36,642 nt of DNA from sequence record DRR723986_9195; one strand, given 5' to 3'. A program made the position numbers and the translations under genes. Positions within the stretch are counted from its first letter, which is position 1. Each line of letters starts with the position of its first letter. Shown here piece by piece: positions 27,900-36,642 of this stretch. The notes under the pieces are model-generated. The model did no database searches. It worked only from the letters and a program-made list of their open reading frames with translations, and was not told the origin of the DNA.

Positions 27900-29164
27900 G
27901 ATATCTTGGCGCCTGACATGTCGGAATGAGCTTCACCGACAAAGCTTCCCCAACCGGTCACCCTATCGTCCCACGGCCGTGAGGTGTATTCGGACCCAAG
28001 CGCCGCAACGTTGTCAGCAGGCCAGTTCCTGGCATGCTGCGCATAGGCGGCAAAATTGATACCGGGAAACGCAGCAGCGGTTCTTGGCAAGTCCGTTTTT
28101 GTCTTTTTGCCGACGAGATTGGCAACATACCTGATGTATTTCGCAACAGCGAAGATGTTGAACTCGTCGCACGTCAGAAGCGTCGCGATCTGCGCGCCGT
28201 CGAGACCTTGCCTCCGTTTGTGTTCAAGCAACCCGGAGAACAGATCCGTACGCGCGACAGTGTCGTCGCGGACCTGACCAAGGCCTACAGAGGTTGTGCG
28301 CCTTGAGACCGAATGCGTCGCCGCGGTGTAGTCCAGCATGTCTTCGTTTTGAGATTGATCACGCTGTTCCGCCAAGACGATCGCTCCTATGACTTCCGGC
28401 GTCAGATTATAGGTTTTTGCAGCAGCGTTCATCACGGCTCCCCGGGACGGGCGACCGTTCAGGTAAATCGGCTCAAACAATGTAGAGATCGGCAAACTCG
28501 TAATGCGCGCGGCCTGCCGAAGACGTTCACTGGCGGAACTGGGAACAGTCAGACCATTCCAGAGCGGATTGGAGTAACTGCGCGACACGGGACCGGATGC
28601 GCCAGGATCACCTTGCGGATTTGTCTTCTGCTCATAGAGGATACGTGCCTGGTCAAACGCAGAAACGCGGTGATTGAAGATGTCGCATCCCGTTGCACCG
28701 CTGCCTGAGAAAGACGCGGATGCACTTGAGGGAATAGTCGCACTGGTGATGGGTTTCTTGGTGCTGATCGAAAGCAAGCCGTACTTGCGCATGCTGTCGG
28801 CAAGATCGTTTGCAAGCCCGAACACCTTTGCCGGATTGCCAAATTGCGCGTTGAGGATTGAAGCATCCCGGTCGAAAAAGAAGAAACCAGCCAGGTTGTT
28901 TTCGATGCTGGAAACTGAGACAGGCCCGGCTTTCGCTGCCATCAGCATTACCGCGTCGTAAAGCGAAGGAGCGCTTTGCTGATTGAAGTACCTTGTAAAA
29001 AAATCTCTCAGAACTTTCCCGGATTGCAATTGCGTGATTGTTGCATCGAACCTCGTGTCACGTTCAAGAAGTTCCAGAGCTTTTGCCCGCTCCCCGTCGG
29101 TAACCCATCGGAAGACATCTCCCAGTTCCAGGAGTTTGATGACCTCATCGCCAACAACAGTCAT
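27893..29164 (-). CDS. tse3: Tse3-like (Tge1 family) peptidoglycan muramidase effector
   Basis: FSGSGATG, YSNPL, PISTLF, IGAIVLAEQRDQ, TSVGLGQV, DEFNIFA.AKYIRYVANL, RNWP.DNV.AL and SEYTSRPWDD match my recollection of P. aeruginosa Tse3; no signal peptide; ATG 29164 chosen, TTG 29176 is an alternative. Confidence 0.85.
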   Translation of the reverse strand: MTVVGDEVIKLLELGDVFRWVTDGERAKALELLERDTRFDATITQLQSGKVLRDFFTRYFNQQSAPSLYDAVMLMAAKAGPVSVSSIENNLAGFFFFDRDASILNAQFGNPAKVFGLANDLADSMRKYGLLSISTKKPITSATIPSSASASFSGSGATGCDIFNHRVSAFDQARILYEQKTNPQGDPGASGPVSRSYSNPLWNGLTVPSSASERLRQAARITSLPISTLFEPIYLNGRPSRGAVMNAAAKTYNLTPEVIGAIVLAEQRDQSQNEDMLDYTAATHSVSRRTTSVGLGQVRDDTVARTDLFSGLLEHKRRQGLDGAQIATLLTCDEFNIFAVAKYIRYVANLVGKKTKTDLPRTAAAFPGINFAAYAQHARNWPADNVAALGSEYTSRPWDDRVTGWGSFVGEAHSDMSGAKISW

Positions 29165-29386
29165 GATTTTCTTCAACCCCTCTATTGCTCGGGCTGGTCA
29201 GGACAGAAATTGTTTTCCAATCCAAAAATTAAAATAAATCAACTAGTTAACAAACTTTCAGAATCCAACCCTAATTGATTGCCGACCCAGTTACAACTCT
29301 AAGGGGCGCAATCGCAATGAGCGGAGCCATACCCGGCCGGTATTTGAACAACCTTGCTGGAGACGTCGGAAAACGCCCCTCCCCGT

Positions 29387-30130
29387 TCAGATCTCCGTCC
29401 GCATCCGGTAGCCCGGGGCGAAGATCAGGCGGACATGGGTGATCGGCAGGGGGCCGGTCCAGGTGATGCGTTCCATCGCAAAGAGGGCTGCGCCCGTGGA
29501 GGCATCCAGTTTGCGCGACAGGGTCTTGTCGGCATTGACGGCGAAGAAGGAAATGTCGCCGTGGCTGTAGGGCGCGTTGTGCACCAGCCACTCGTTGGCG
29601 CTGACGTCCTCGAACGTCATGTCACGCGCAGCAGGAGCTGCTTCCAGGTTGATGTAGCGTTCTTCGAAGGCATAAGGCCGGTCGTCTGCAAAGTGCAGCG
29701 TCTTTAAAAACAGGACATCCGGGCCGAGCGTCACCTGGAACGCGCCGTGCAACATGGGCGGCAGGGGCCGGAGATCCTTTTCCAGAAGGCTGTGCCGGTA
29801 GGTGCGGCCAAGCGCTTCGACTTCTTCACGCAGGATCGGAATGGTGAGCGTCGCGCGCTGAGGCGGGTTGAGCGCAACACGCGTTCCCGCCCGGCGCTTG
29901 CGCACCACAAGCCCGCTTTCGGCCAAGTCCCGGAGAGCACGGTTGACGGTGGTGCGGGCGCAGCCGAACTCTTCCGCAAGATCGGCCTCATGGGGGATCT
30001 GCTCCCCCGGCTGCCAGATCCGGTCATGGATCCGCCGAAGGAGTTCTTCGCGAATGCCCGTCCAGGAATTTGTGTCCGCAAGCGCCAAGTCGTCTACCCG
30101 TTCAAGTCGTTCTTCAAAGTCGTTCTTCAC
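29387..30130 (-). CDS. hutC: Histidine utilisation repressor (GntR/UTRA)
   Basis: WQPGEQIPHEADLAEEFGCARTTVNRAL winged HTH, EERYIN in the UTRA domain; GTGA overlap with hutF; hut context. Confidence 0.85.
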   Translation of the reverse strand: MKNDFEERLERVDDLALADTNSWTGIREELLRRIHDRIWQPGEQIPHEADLAEEFGCARTTVNRALRDLAESGLVVRKRRAGTRVALNPPQRATLTIPILREEVEALGRTYRHSLLEKDLRPLPPMLHGAFQVTLGPDVLFLKTLHFADDRPYAFEERYINLEAAPAARDMTFEDVSANEWLVHNAPYSHGDISFFAVNADKTLSRKLDASTGAALFAMERITWTGPLPITHVRLIFAPGYRMRTEI

Positions 30131-31506
30131 AGTCTGGCGCGCAACGAGGCCATGGTGGCCCGGTATTTCGCGCGGATGGCGTTGCCTTTTACATGGTTTC
30201 CGCCGGAAACAACATGCCGGCCGGCGGACCAGACCTCAGCGACCATCCGGTCGTCACCGGCAAAGATCCAGGCATCCAGAATTTCGTCGCCTTCCCGGCC
30301 TTCCAGGTCGATGGCGGTGCCATCCAGTGCGATGAGATCGGCGAGCGATCCTTCCGATATCCTGCCCGCCGCACGCCCCGCCGCCTGCGCACCACCGGCC
30401 ACGACGCTGTCGAAGAGGACCCGACCGGTGGACTTTTCCTTCGTTGCAACAGAAGCCCGGCAGGTATCCCGCAGGCGCTGGGAATATTCCAGCGTGCGCA
30501 GCTCTTCGGAGAGCGCGATGCGGATGTTGGAATCCGAGCCGACGCCGAAGCGGCCGCCCGCGGCCAGGTAGTCGACGCCGTCGAAGATCCCGTCGCCGAG
30601 GCTGGATTCGGTGAGCGGACAAAGCCCCGCGACGGCCCCGGTCGCAGCAAGACCGGCGGTCTCCTGCGAGGTCATCTGCGTGCAGTGGATTAGGCACCAG
30701 TTTTCTGAAACCGCGTGGTTGGCAAGCAGCCATTCCACCGGGCGCTGCCCCGAGGCCGCCAGAACCTCGTCCACTTCCGGGATCTGCTCGGCAAGATGCA
30801 TGTGCAGCGGGTTGCCGCCGGCAAGGGCAACGGCCTTCTTCAGACTGTCGGCATCCACGGCCCTCAGTGAATGCGGGGCAACGCCGATAACCGCATCATC
30901 CGGCAGGGACTTGAGCGCCTCAGACGCAAGCTCGTGCAGTTTCTGGAAACGGTCGAAGTCGTTGCCAAAGCGGATCTGTCCGGCAGCCAATGGGCGTCCG
31001 TCGCAGCCGCCGAACTGGTAATGAACCGGCAGATGCGTGAGGCCGATGCCGGTATCGGAAGCAGCCGCCATGATGCGGTCCGACATTTCCGCCAGATTGG
31101 CGTAGGGCGCCCCGCCCGGCTGATGATGCAGATAGTGGAACTCGCCAACGGCGGCATAACCTGCCTCCAGCATTTCCATCTGCACGAAGGCGGCAATCGC
31201 CTCCACATCTTCCGGCGTCAGGGCGTCCAGAAAACGGAACATGATCTGGCGCCAGGTCCAGAAACTGTCGCGGCTTTCGCTACCGCGCCGCTCGCTCATG
31301 CCCGCCATGGCCCGCTGGAACGCATGGCTGTGCAGGTTGACCGGGGCCGGCAGAAGAATGCCGACGCGTACGCCGATTGGCTGCGCATCTCTTTTAACTG
31401 AGGCGATCCGGCCGTCCGGCCCGATCGAGACAGCGACATTTTCCGCCCAGCCGTCGGCCAGAAGCGCCTTTTCCGCAAAAACCGTCGCGCCAGAAACTGT
31501 CGACAT
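30127..31506 (-). CDS. hutF: Formiminoglutamate deiminase
   Basis: NLHSHAFQRAMAG, DSFWTWR, EFHYLHH, APHSLRAV, HMHLAEQ and GSDSN. Confidence 0.93.
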   Translation of the reverse strand: MSTVSGATVFAEKALLADGWAENVAVSIGPDGRIASVKRDAQPIGVRVGILLPAPVNLHSHAFQRAMAGMSERRGSESRDSFWTWRQIMFRFLDALTPEDVEAIAAFVQMEMLEAGYAAVGEFHYLHHQPGGAPYANLAEMSDRIMAAASDTGIGLTHLPVHYQFGGCDGRPLAAGQIRFGNDFDRFQKLHELASEALKSLPDDAVIGVAPHSLRAVDADSLKKAVALAGGNPLHMHLAEQIPEVDEVLAASGQRPVEWLLANHAVSENWCLIHCTQMTSQETAGLAATGAVAGLCPLTESSLGDGIFDGVDYLAAGGRFGVGSDSNIRIALSEELRTLEYSQRLRDTCRASVATKEKSTGRVLFDSVVAGGAQAAGRAAGRISEGSLADLIALDGTAIDLEGREGDEILDAWIFAGDDRMVAEVWSAGRHVVSGGNHVKGNAIRAKYRATMASLRARL

Positions 31507-31522
31507 GCCGTCTTTTCCTCCG

Positions 31523-31552
31523 TTGACACGTTAATATGTGCATGCATATTAT
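31523..31552 (+). promoter_or_regulatory. hutI promoter (TTGACA...TATTAT) overlapped by a HutC-like operator
   Basis: TTGACA at 31523-31528 and TATTAT at 31547-31552; palindrome TAATATG-TGCATG-CATATTA (31532-31551) resembles the HutC TGTA-N2-TACA-type box. Confidence 0.7.
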
Positions 31553-31586
31553 CTTATATCGCAATCTAATCAAGCCGGAGATGGAC

Positions 31587-32792
31587 GTGCTGAAACGCCT
31601 CCTCACAAACGCCAAGCTGGCAACGCTCACCGCAAACGGAGAGCCGTACGGCCTGATTGAGGACGGCGCACTGGTGATCGAAGGCGGGCGGATCGCCTGG
31701 ATCGGCAAGGCCACAGACCTGCCGTCTCATTATGCGTCGCTCAGCGCGGATGATATCGGCGGACGGCTGGTGACCGCGGGGCTGATCGACTGTCATACCC
31801 ATGTTGTTTTCGGCGGCGACCGGGCACGTGAATTCGAAATGCGCCTTCAAGGTGCAACGTACGAAGAAGTGGCCCGGGCCGGTGGCGGCATCGTTTCCAC
31901 GGTCAAGGCAACGCGCGCAGCCAGCGAAAAGCAGCTGCTGGAAGCTGCCCTGCCGCGTGTCGATGCCCTGATTGCCGAGGGCGTCACCGCCATCGAGATC
32001 AAGTCCGGCTATGGCCTCGACCGGGAAACGGAGCTGCGCATGCTGCGCACCGCCCGCAAGATCGGCAAGCTGCGCCCGATCACCGTCAAAACCAGCTTCC
32101 TGGGCGCCCATGCCATTCCGGCCGAATACAAGGACAAGGCCGACCTCTATCTGGAAAAGGTCTGCCTGCCGACGCTGGAAGCGGCTCATGCCGAGGGACT
32201 GGTGGATGCCGTGGACGGTTTTTGCGAAGGCATCGCCTTTTCGCCGGAACAGATCGGCAAGGTATTCGACAAGGCCAAGCAGGTCGGCCTGCCGGTGAAG
32301 CTGCATGCAGAGCAACTGTCCAACCTGAAGGGCGCGGCCCTTGCCGCTTCCTATGGCGCCCTTTCCGCCGACCATCTGGAATACCTGGATGAAGCCGGCG
32401 TCAAGGCGATGGCCGAAAGCGGGTCTGTCGCTGTGCTTTTGCCGGGCGCTTTCTACACCTTGCGCGAAACGCAGTTCCCGCCGCTTGATGTTTTGCGCAA
32501 GCACAATGTGCCCGTCGCGCTGGCAACGGACTGCAATCCGGGTTCATCCCCCCTCGCCTCGTTGCTCCTGACCATGAACATGGGCTGCACCTTGTTCCGC
32601 ATGACACCGGAAGAAGCGCTGGCCGGCGTCACCCGCGAAGCGGCGAAGGCGCTTGGTCTGGACGATCAGGGCACGCTGGCACCCGGCAAACGGGCGGATC
32701 TGGCTGTCTGGAACGTCAGCCACCCGGCCGAGCTTTCCTACCGGATCGGCTTCAACTCCCTCTTCAAACGCATTTTCGGAGGCTCTGAATGA
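31587..32792 (+). CDS. hutI: Imidazolonepropionase
   Basis: [37 protein letters not shown] and [13 protein letters not shown] 31587 is 6 nt after GGAG (ATG 31581 is an alternative). Confidence 0.93.
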   Translation: MLKRLLTNAKLATLTANGEPYGLIEDGALVIEGGRIAWIGKATDLPSHYASLSADDIGGRLVTAGLIDCHTHVVFGGDRAREFEMRLQGATYEEVARAGGGIVSTVKATRAASEKQLLEAALPRVDALIAEGVTAIEIKSGYGLDRETELRMLRTARKIGKLRPITVKTSFLGAHAIPAEYKDKADLYLEKVCLPTLEAAHAEGLVDAVDGFCEGIAFSPEQIGKVFDKAKQVGLPVKLHAEQLSNLKGAALAASYGALSADHLEYLDEAGVKAMAESGSVAVLLPGAFYTLRETQFPPLDVLRKHNVPVALATDCNPGSSPLASLLLTMNMGCTLFRMTPEEALAGVTREAAKALGLDDQGTLAPGKRADLAVWNVSHPAELSYRIGFNSLFKRIFGGSE

Positions 32793-34345
32793 GCGCCCTT
32801 ACCCTGACACCGGGCTCCGTGACCCTGGCGGATCTGGAACGCATCTACCGGGAAGAGCTGCCAGTGCGCATCGACCGCACGGCGGAAGCTGCGATCAACC
32901 TTGCGTCCGAACGAGTTGCCAAGGCGGCCCGTGGCAGCGAGGCCGTTTACGGCGTCAACACCGGCTTCGGCAAGCTGGCCAGCGTCAAGATCGCCCCCGA
33001 GGACACTGCAACCCTGCAGCGGAACCTGATCCTTTCCCATTGTTGCGGCGTCGGCGAACCGCTCGACAAGACCACCACCCGCCTGATGATGGTGCTGAAG
33101 CTGCTCTCGCTTGGCCGAGGTGCCTCCGGTGTCCGCTTCGAAGTGATGAAGCTGATCGAGGATTGCCTTGAAAGAAACGTCACGCCGATGGTTCCCTCGC
33201 AAGGGTCTGTCGGTGCATCCGGCGATCTTGCGCCGCTGGCCCATATGACGGCTGTCCTGATCGGTGAAGGTGAAGCTGATTTTGGCGGCACGCGCATGCC
33301 CGGTGGTGAAGCCCTTGCCAAGGCGGGCCTGACCCCGGTCGTGCTTGGCCCCAAGGAAGGCCTTGGGCTGATCAATGGCACGCAGTTTTCGACCGCCTGT
33401 GCGCTCACCGGCCTGTTCGACGCCTGGCGTCTGGCCGAAGCGACCCTGATGACTGCCAGCCTTTCCACCGACGCCATCATGGGCTCGACCGCACCGCTCC
33501 TGCCGGAAATCCATGAACTGCGCGGCCATCGCGGCCAGATCGAAGTGGCAAGGGCCATGCGCGCAATCATGGACGGCTCGGAAATCCGCGAAAGCCACCG
33601 CGAGGGCGACACCCGCGTGCAGGACCCTTACTGCATCCGCTGCCAGCCCCAGGTTGCCGGTGCCTGTGTCGATCTGCTCCGCATGGCGGCCCGCACGCTC
33701 GAGATCGAAGCCAATGCGGCAACCGACAATCCGCTGGTACTGATCGATGCCGACCGGATCGTTTCCGGTGGCAATTTCCATGCCGAACCGGTTGCCTTTG
33801 CTGCCGACCAGATTGCACTCGCCATTGCCGAACTCGGTGCGATTTCCCAGCGCCGTGTCGCGCTCATGGTCGACCCGACGCTTTCCTTCGACCTGCCGCC
33901 GTTCCTCGCCAAGGATCCGGGCCTGAACTCGGGCATGATGATCGCGGAAGTGACGACCGCCGCCCTGATGAGCGAGAACAAGCATCTCGCCAATCCGTGC
34001 TCGACGGATTCCACGCCGACCAGTGCCAACCAGGAAGACCATGTTTCCATGGCCGCCCACGGAGCTCGCCGTCTTGCCCGCATGAACGCCAACCTCAGCC
34101 AGATCTTGGGTGTGGAACTTCTGTGTGCCGCCGAAGGCATCGAGCACCGCGCCCCGCTGAAGACCAGCGCTTCGCTGCAAACGGTGATGGGCACTCTTCG
34201 CGGTGTCGTTCCCTCCCTGGAAAAGGACCGCTACATGGCACCGGACCTGGAAACGGCAGCCGGCCTGATCCGCAGCCGCAAGCTGGTCTCGGCGATTTCC
34301 GCCGGCCACATGATCACGCTGGGAGATGCCCATGCAGCCGGTTGA
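32789..34345 (+). CDS. hutH: Histidine ammonia-lyase
   Basis: [11 protein letters not shown]-forming [35 protein letters not shown] and NQEDHVSM. Confidence 0.95.
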   Translation: MSALTLTPGSVTLADLERIYREELPVRIDRTAEAAINLASERVAKAARGSEAVYGVNTGFGKLASVKIAPEDTATLQRNLILSHCCGVGEPLDKTTTRLMMVLKLLSLGRGASGVRFEVMKLIEDCLERNVTPMVPSQGSVGASGDLAPLAHMTAVLIGEGEADFGGTRMPGGEALAKAGLTPVVLGPKEGLGLINGTQFSTACALTGLFDAWRLAEATLMTASLSTDAIMGSTAPLLPEIHELRGHRGQIEVARAMRAIMDGSEIRESHREGDTRVQDPYCIRCQPQVAGACVDLLRMAARTLEIEANAATDNPLVLIDADRIVSGGNFHAEPVAFAADQIALAIAELGAISQRRVALMVDPTLSFDLPPFLAKDPGLNSGMMIAEVTTAALMSENKHLANPCSTDSTPTSANQEDHVSMAAHGARRLARMNANLSQILGVELLCAAEGIEHRAPLKTSASLQTVMGTLRGVVPSLEKDRYMAPDLETAAGLIRSRKLVSAISAGHMITLGDAHAAG

Positions 34346-35159
34346 CGTCTTCCGCGGTGATGGCCCGGTCATTCTTGGCGTGCCTCATGCGGGCACATTC
34401 GTTCCGGACGATATCAAGGCAAGGTTCAACGACACCGGCCTGAAACTGGCCGACACCGACTGGCATGTGGACCGGCTTTATTCCGATCTCCTGCCCGGTG
34501 CGACCATGGTGAAGGCGAACTTCCATCGTTACGTGATCGACGCCAATCGCGATCCGGAAGGCGTCAGCCTTTATCCGGGCCAGAACACCACAACGCTCTG
34601 CCCGACCACCGATTTCGATGGTCGACCCATCTACCAATCCGGCATGGAACCGCAGACCGGTGAAATCGAGGCCCGGCGTCTTGCCTGGCATGCTCCCTAT
34701 CACGCTGCCCTTCAGGCGGAAATGGAACGGGTCCGCGCCAAACACGGCGTCGCCATTCTCTACGATTGCCACTCGATCCGCTCCGTAGTGCCGTTCCTGT
34801 TCGAAGGCACGCTGCCCGATTTCAATACGGGCACCAACAACGGCACGACCTGCGCCAGCGCTATCGAGGCTGCCGTCGTCTCCTGCACCCAAGCAGCTGA
34901 AGGTTACACGTCGATCCTCAACGGCCGCTTCAAGGGTGGCTGGACGACACGGCATTACGGCCGACCGGCCGAAGGCTTTCACGCCATTCAGATGGAGCTC
35001 GCCCAGAAGACCCATCTTGCCACCGAAGACACGCCCTTTGCCTATGACGAGGCCAAGGCCGACCGGCTTCGGGCCCATCTGAAAGACATCCTGAGCGCGC
35101 TGGAAAACCTCGCGCCATCCTTATTCCAGAACAACACCCAGGGAGCGAACAATGACTGA
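34332..35159 (+). CDS. hutG: N-formylglutamate deformylase/amidohydrolase
   Basis: [37 protein letters not shown] and HAIQMEL. Confidence 0.92.
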   Translation: MQPVDVFRGDGPVILGVPHAGTFVPDDIKARFNDTGLKLADTDWHVDRLYSDLLPGATMVKANFHRYVIDANRDPEGVSLYPGQNTTTLCPTTDFDGRPIYQSGMEPQTGEIEARRLAWHAPYHAALQAEMERVRAKHGVAILYDCHSIRSVVPFLFEGTLPDFNTGTNNGTTCASAIEAAVVSCTQAAEGYTSILNGRFKGGWTTRHYGRPAEGFHAIQMELAQKTHLATEDTPFAYDEAKADRLRAHLKDILSALENLAPSLFQNNTQGANND

Positions 35160-36642
35160 TCGCCGCCACAACGCCCGCGACGTATTCCCGCCCACCGGCA
35201 CCGAGCTCAACACCAAGTCCTGGCTGACCGAAGCCCCGCTGCGCATGCTGATGAACAACCTTCATCCGGATGTGGCGGAAAACCCGCATGAGCTGGTCGT
35301 CTACGGCGGCATCGGCCGCGCGGCACGCACCTGGGACGATTTCGACCGTATCGTCGCAAGCCTCAAGAGCCTTGAGGAAGACGAGACGCTGCTGGTGCAG
35401 TCCGGCAAACCGGTCGGTGTCTTCAAGACCCACAAGGATGCCCCACGCGTTCTGATCGCCAATTCCAACCTGGTGCCGAACTGGGCCAATTGGGACCATT
35501 TCCACGAGCTGGATAAGAAGGGCCTGGCCATGTACGGCCAGATGACCGCCGGTTCCTGGATCTACATCGGCACACAGGGCATCGTGCAGGGCACCTATGA
35601 GACCTTCATGGAAGCCGGACGCCAGCACTACGAAGGCAACCTGAAGGGACGCTGGATCCTGACCGGTGGTCTCGGCGGCATGGGCGGTGCCCAGCCGCTT
35701 GCAGCCGTCATGGCCGGGGCATGCTGCCTTGCGGTGGAGTGTGACGAGAAGAGCGCCGACTTCCGCCTGCGCACACGCTACGTCGACGAAAAGACCCACT
35801 CCCTCGACGAGGCGCTGGCACTGATCGACCGCTGGACCAAGGCAGGCGAAGCCAAGTCCGTGGCGCTGATCGGCAACGCCGCCGATGTCTTCTCCGAACT
35901 GGTGAAGCGCGGCGTGAAGCCGGACATCGTCACCGACCAGACCTCCGCCCATGATCCGGTCAACGGTTACCTGCCCCAGGGCTGGACCGTCGCCGAATGG
36001 CGCGCCAAGGCCGAGACCGATCCGAAGACGGTGGAAAAAGCCGCTCGCGCGTCCATGAAGGTGCATGTCGCCGCCATGGTCGACTTCTGGAACATGGGTG
36101 TACCGACACTCGATTACGGCAACAACATCCGCCAGGTTGCCATGGAAGAAGGCCTGGAAAACGCCTTTGCCTTCCCGGGTTTCGTGCCGGCCTATATCCG
36201 CCCGCTGTTCTGCCGCGGCATCGGCCCGTTCCGCTGGTGCGCGCTTTCCGGCGATCCGGAAGACATCTACAAGACCGACGCCAAGGTAAAGGAACTGATC
36301 CCGGACGACCAGCACCTGCACAACTGGCTGGACATGGCGCGCGAGCGCATTTCCTTCCAGGGCCTGCCGGCACGCATCTGCTGGGTTGGCCTTGGGCAGC
36401 GCCACCGCCTCGGCCTTGCCTTCAATGAAATGGTCCGCAACGGCGAACTGAAAGCGCCGATCGTGATCGGCCGCGACCACCTCGACAGTGGTTCGGTCGC
36501 ATCGCCCAACCGCGAGACCGAAGCCATGAAGGACGGCTCCGATGCCGTGTCCGACTGGCCGCTTCTGAATGCCCTGCTCAACACCGCTTCCGGCGCGACC
36601 TGGGTGTCGCTCCACCATGGCGGCGGCGTCGGCATGGGCTTT
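35152..36642 (+). CDS. hutU: Urocanate hydratase, 3'-truncated by the window edge (absent from the ORF track because it has no stop)
   Basis: Manual translation from ATG 35152: [11 protein letters not shown]...[100 protein letters not shown]. Confidence 0.96.
   Translation, partial: MTDRRHNARDVFPPTGTELNTKSWLTEAPLRMLMNNLHPDVAENPHELVVYGGIGRAARTWDDFDRIVASLKSLEEDETLLVQSGKPVGVFKTHKDAPRVLIANSNLVPNWANWDHFHELDKKGLAMYGQMTAGSWIYIGTQGIVQGTYETFMEAGRQHYEGNLKGRWILTGGLGGMGGAQPLAAVMAGACCLAVECDEKSADFRLRTRYVDEKTHSLDEALALIDRWTKAGEAKSVALIGNAADVFSELVKRGVKPDIVTDQTSAHDPVNGYLPQGWTVAEWRAKAETDPKTVEKAARASMKVHVAAMVDFWNMGVPTLDYGNNIRQVAMEEGLENAFAFPGFVPAYIRPLFCRGIGPFRWCALSGDPEDIYKTDAKVKELIPDDQHLHNWLDMARERISFQGLPARICWVGLGQRHRLGLAFNEMVRNGELKAPIVIGRDHLDSGSVASPNRETEAMKDGSDAVSDWPLLNALLNTASGATWVSLHHGGGVGMGF

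Noticed and set aside
29229-29251. Possible CtrA box upstream of the effector
   Set aside because: The TTAA half-sites are 14 nt apart rather than TTAA-N7-TTAA
32738-34372. 544-aa minus-strand ORF
   Set aside because: Antisense to hutH with no recognisable motifs; long shadow ORFs are expected from high-GC codon bias
34930-36618. 562-aa minus-strand ORF
   Set aside because: Antisense shadow of hutG/hutU; the real gene is hutU on the plus strand from 35152, missing from the track only because it lacks a stop in the window
29387-36642. hut cluster as a novel pathway
   Set aside because: Standard five-step HutH-U-I-F-G route with HutC; nothing unusual seen

Overview
GC-rich alphaproteobacterial chromosomal segment; gene style suggests a marine Roseibium/Labrenzia-like organism (inference). 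Most of it is catabolism and transport: the end of a polyol operon (smoK, sorbitol dehydrogenase, mtlK), a Tat-exported TlpA-like thioredoxin, and a heme uptake locus (hmuSTUV divergent from a TonB-dependent receptor, with Irr- and RirA-type boxes between them). It continues with a LacI-controlled ABC transporter plus phosphodiesterase, a TctDE-type two-component system with an extra periplasmic binding protein divergent from tctCBA, an orphan Opp-type binding protein/class II aldolase/LysR unit, and a hut histidine utilisation cluster (hutC, F, I, H, G, and U running off the end). The standout is an accessory islet of about 3.3 kb (~25.9-29.3 kb). It carries what I recognise from remembered sequences as a homologue of the Pseudomonas aeruginosa T6SS muramidase effector Tse3, overlapping a Tsi3-like lipoprotein immunity gene, and converges on an unknown 356-aa protein with a degenerate LysM-like N-terminus. 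No T6SS structural genes are in the window. All homology calls come from recognising motifs by eye, not from database searches.
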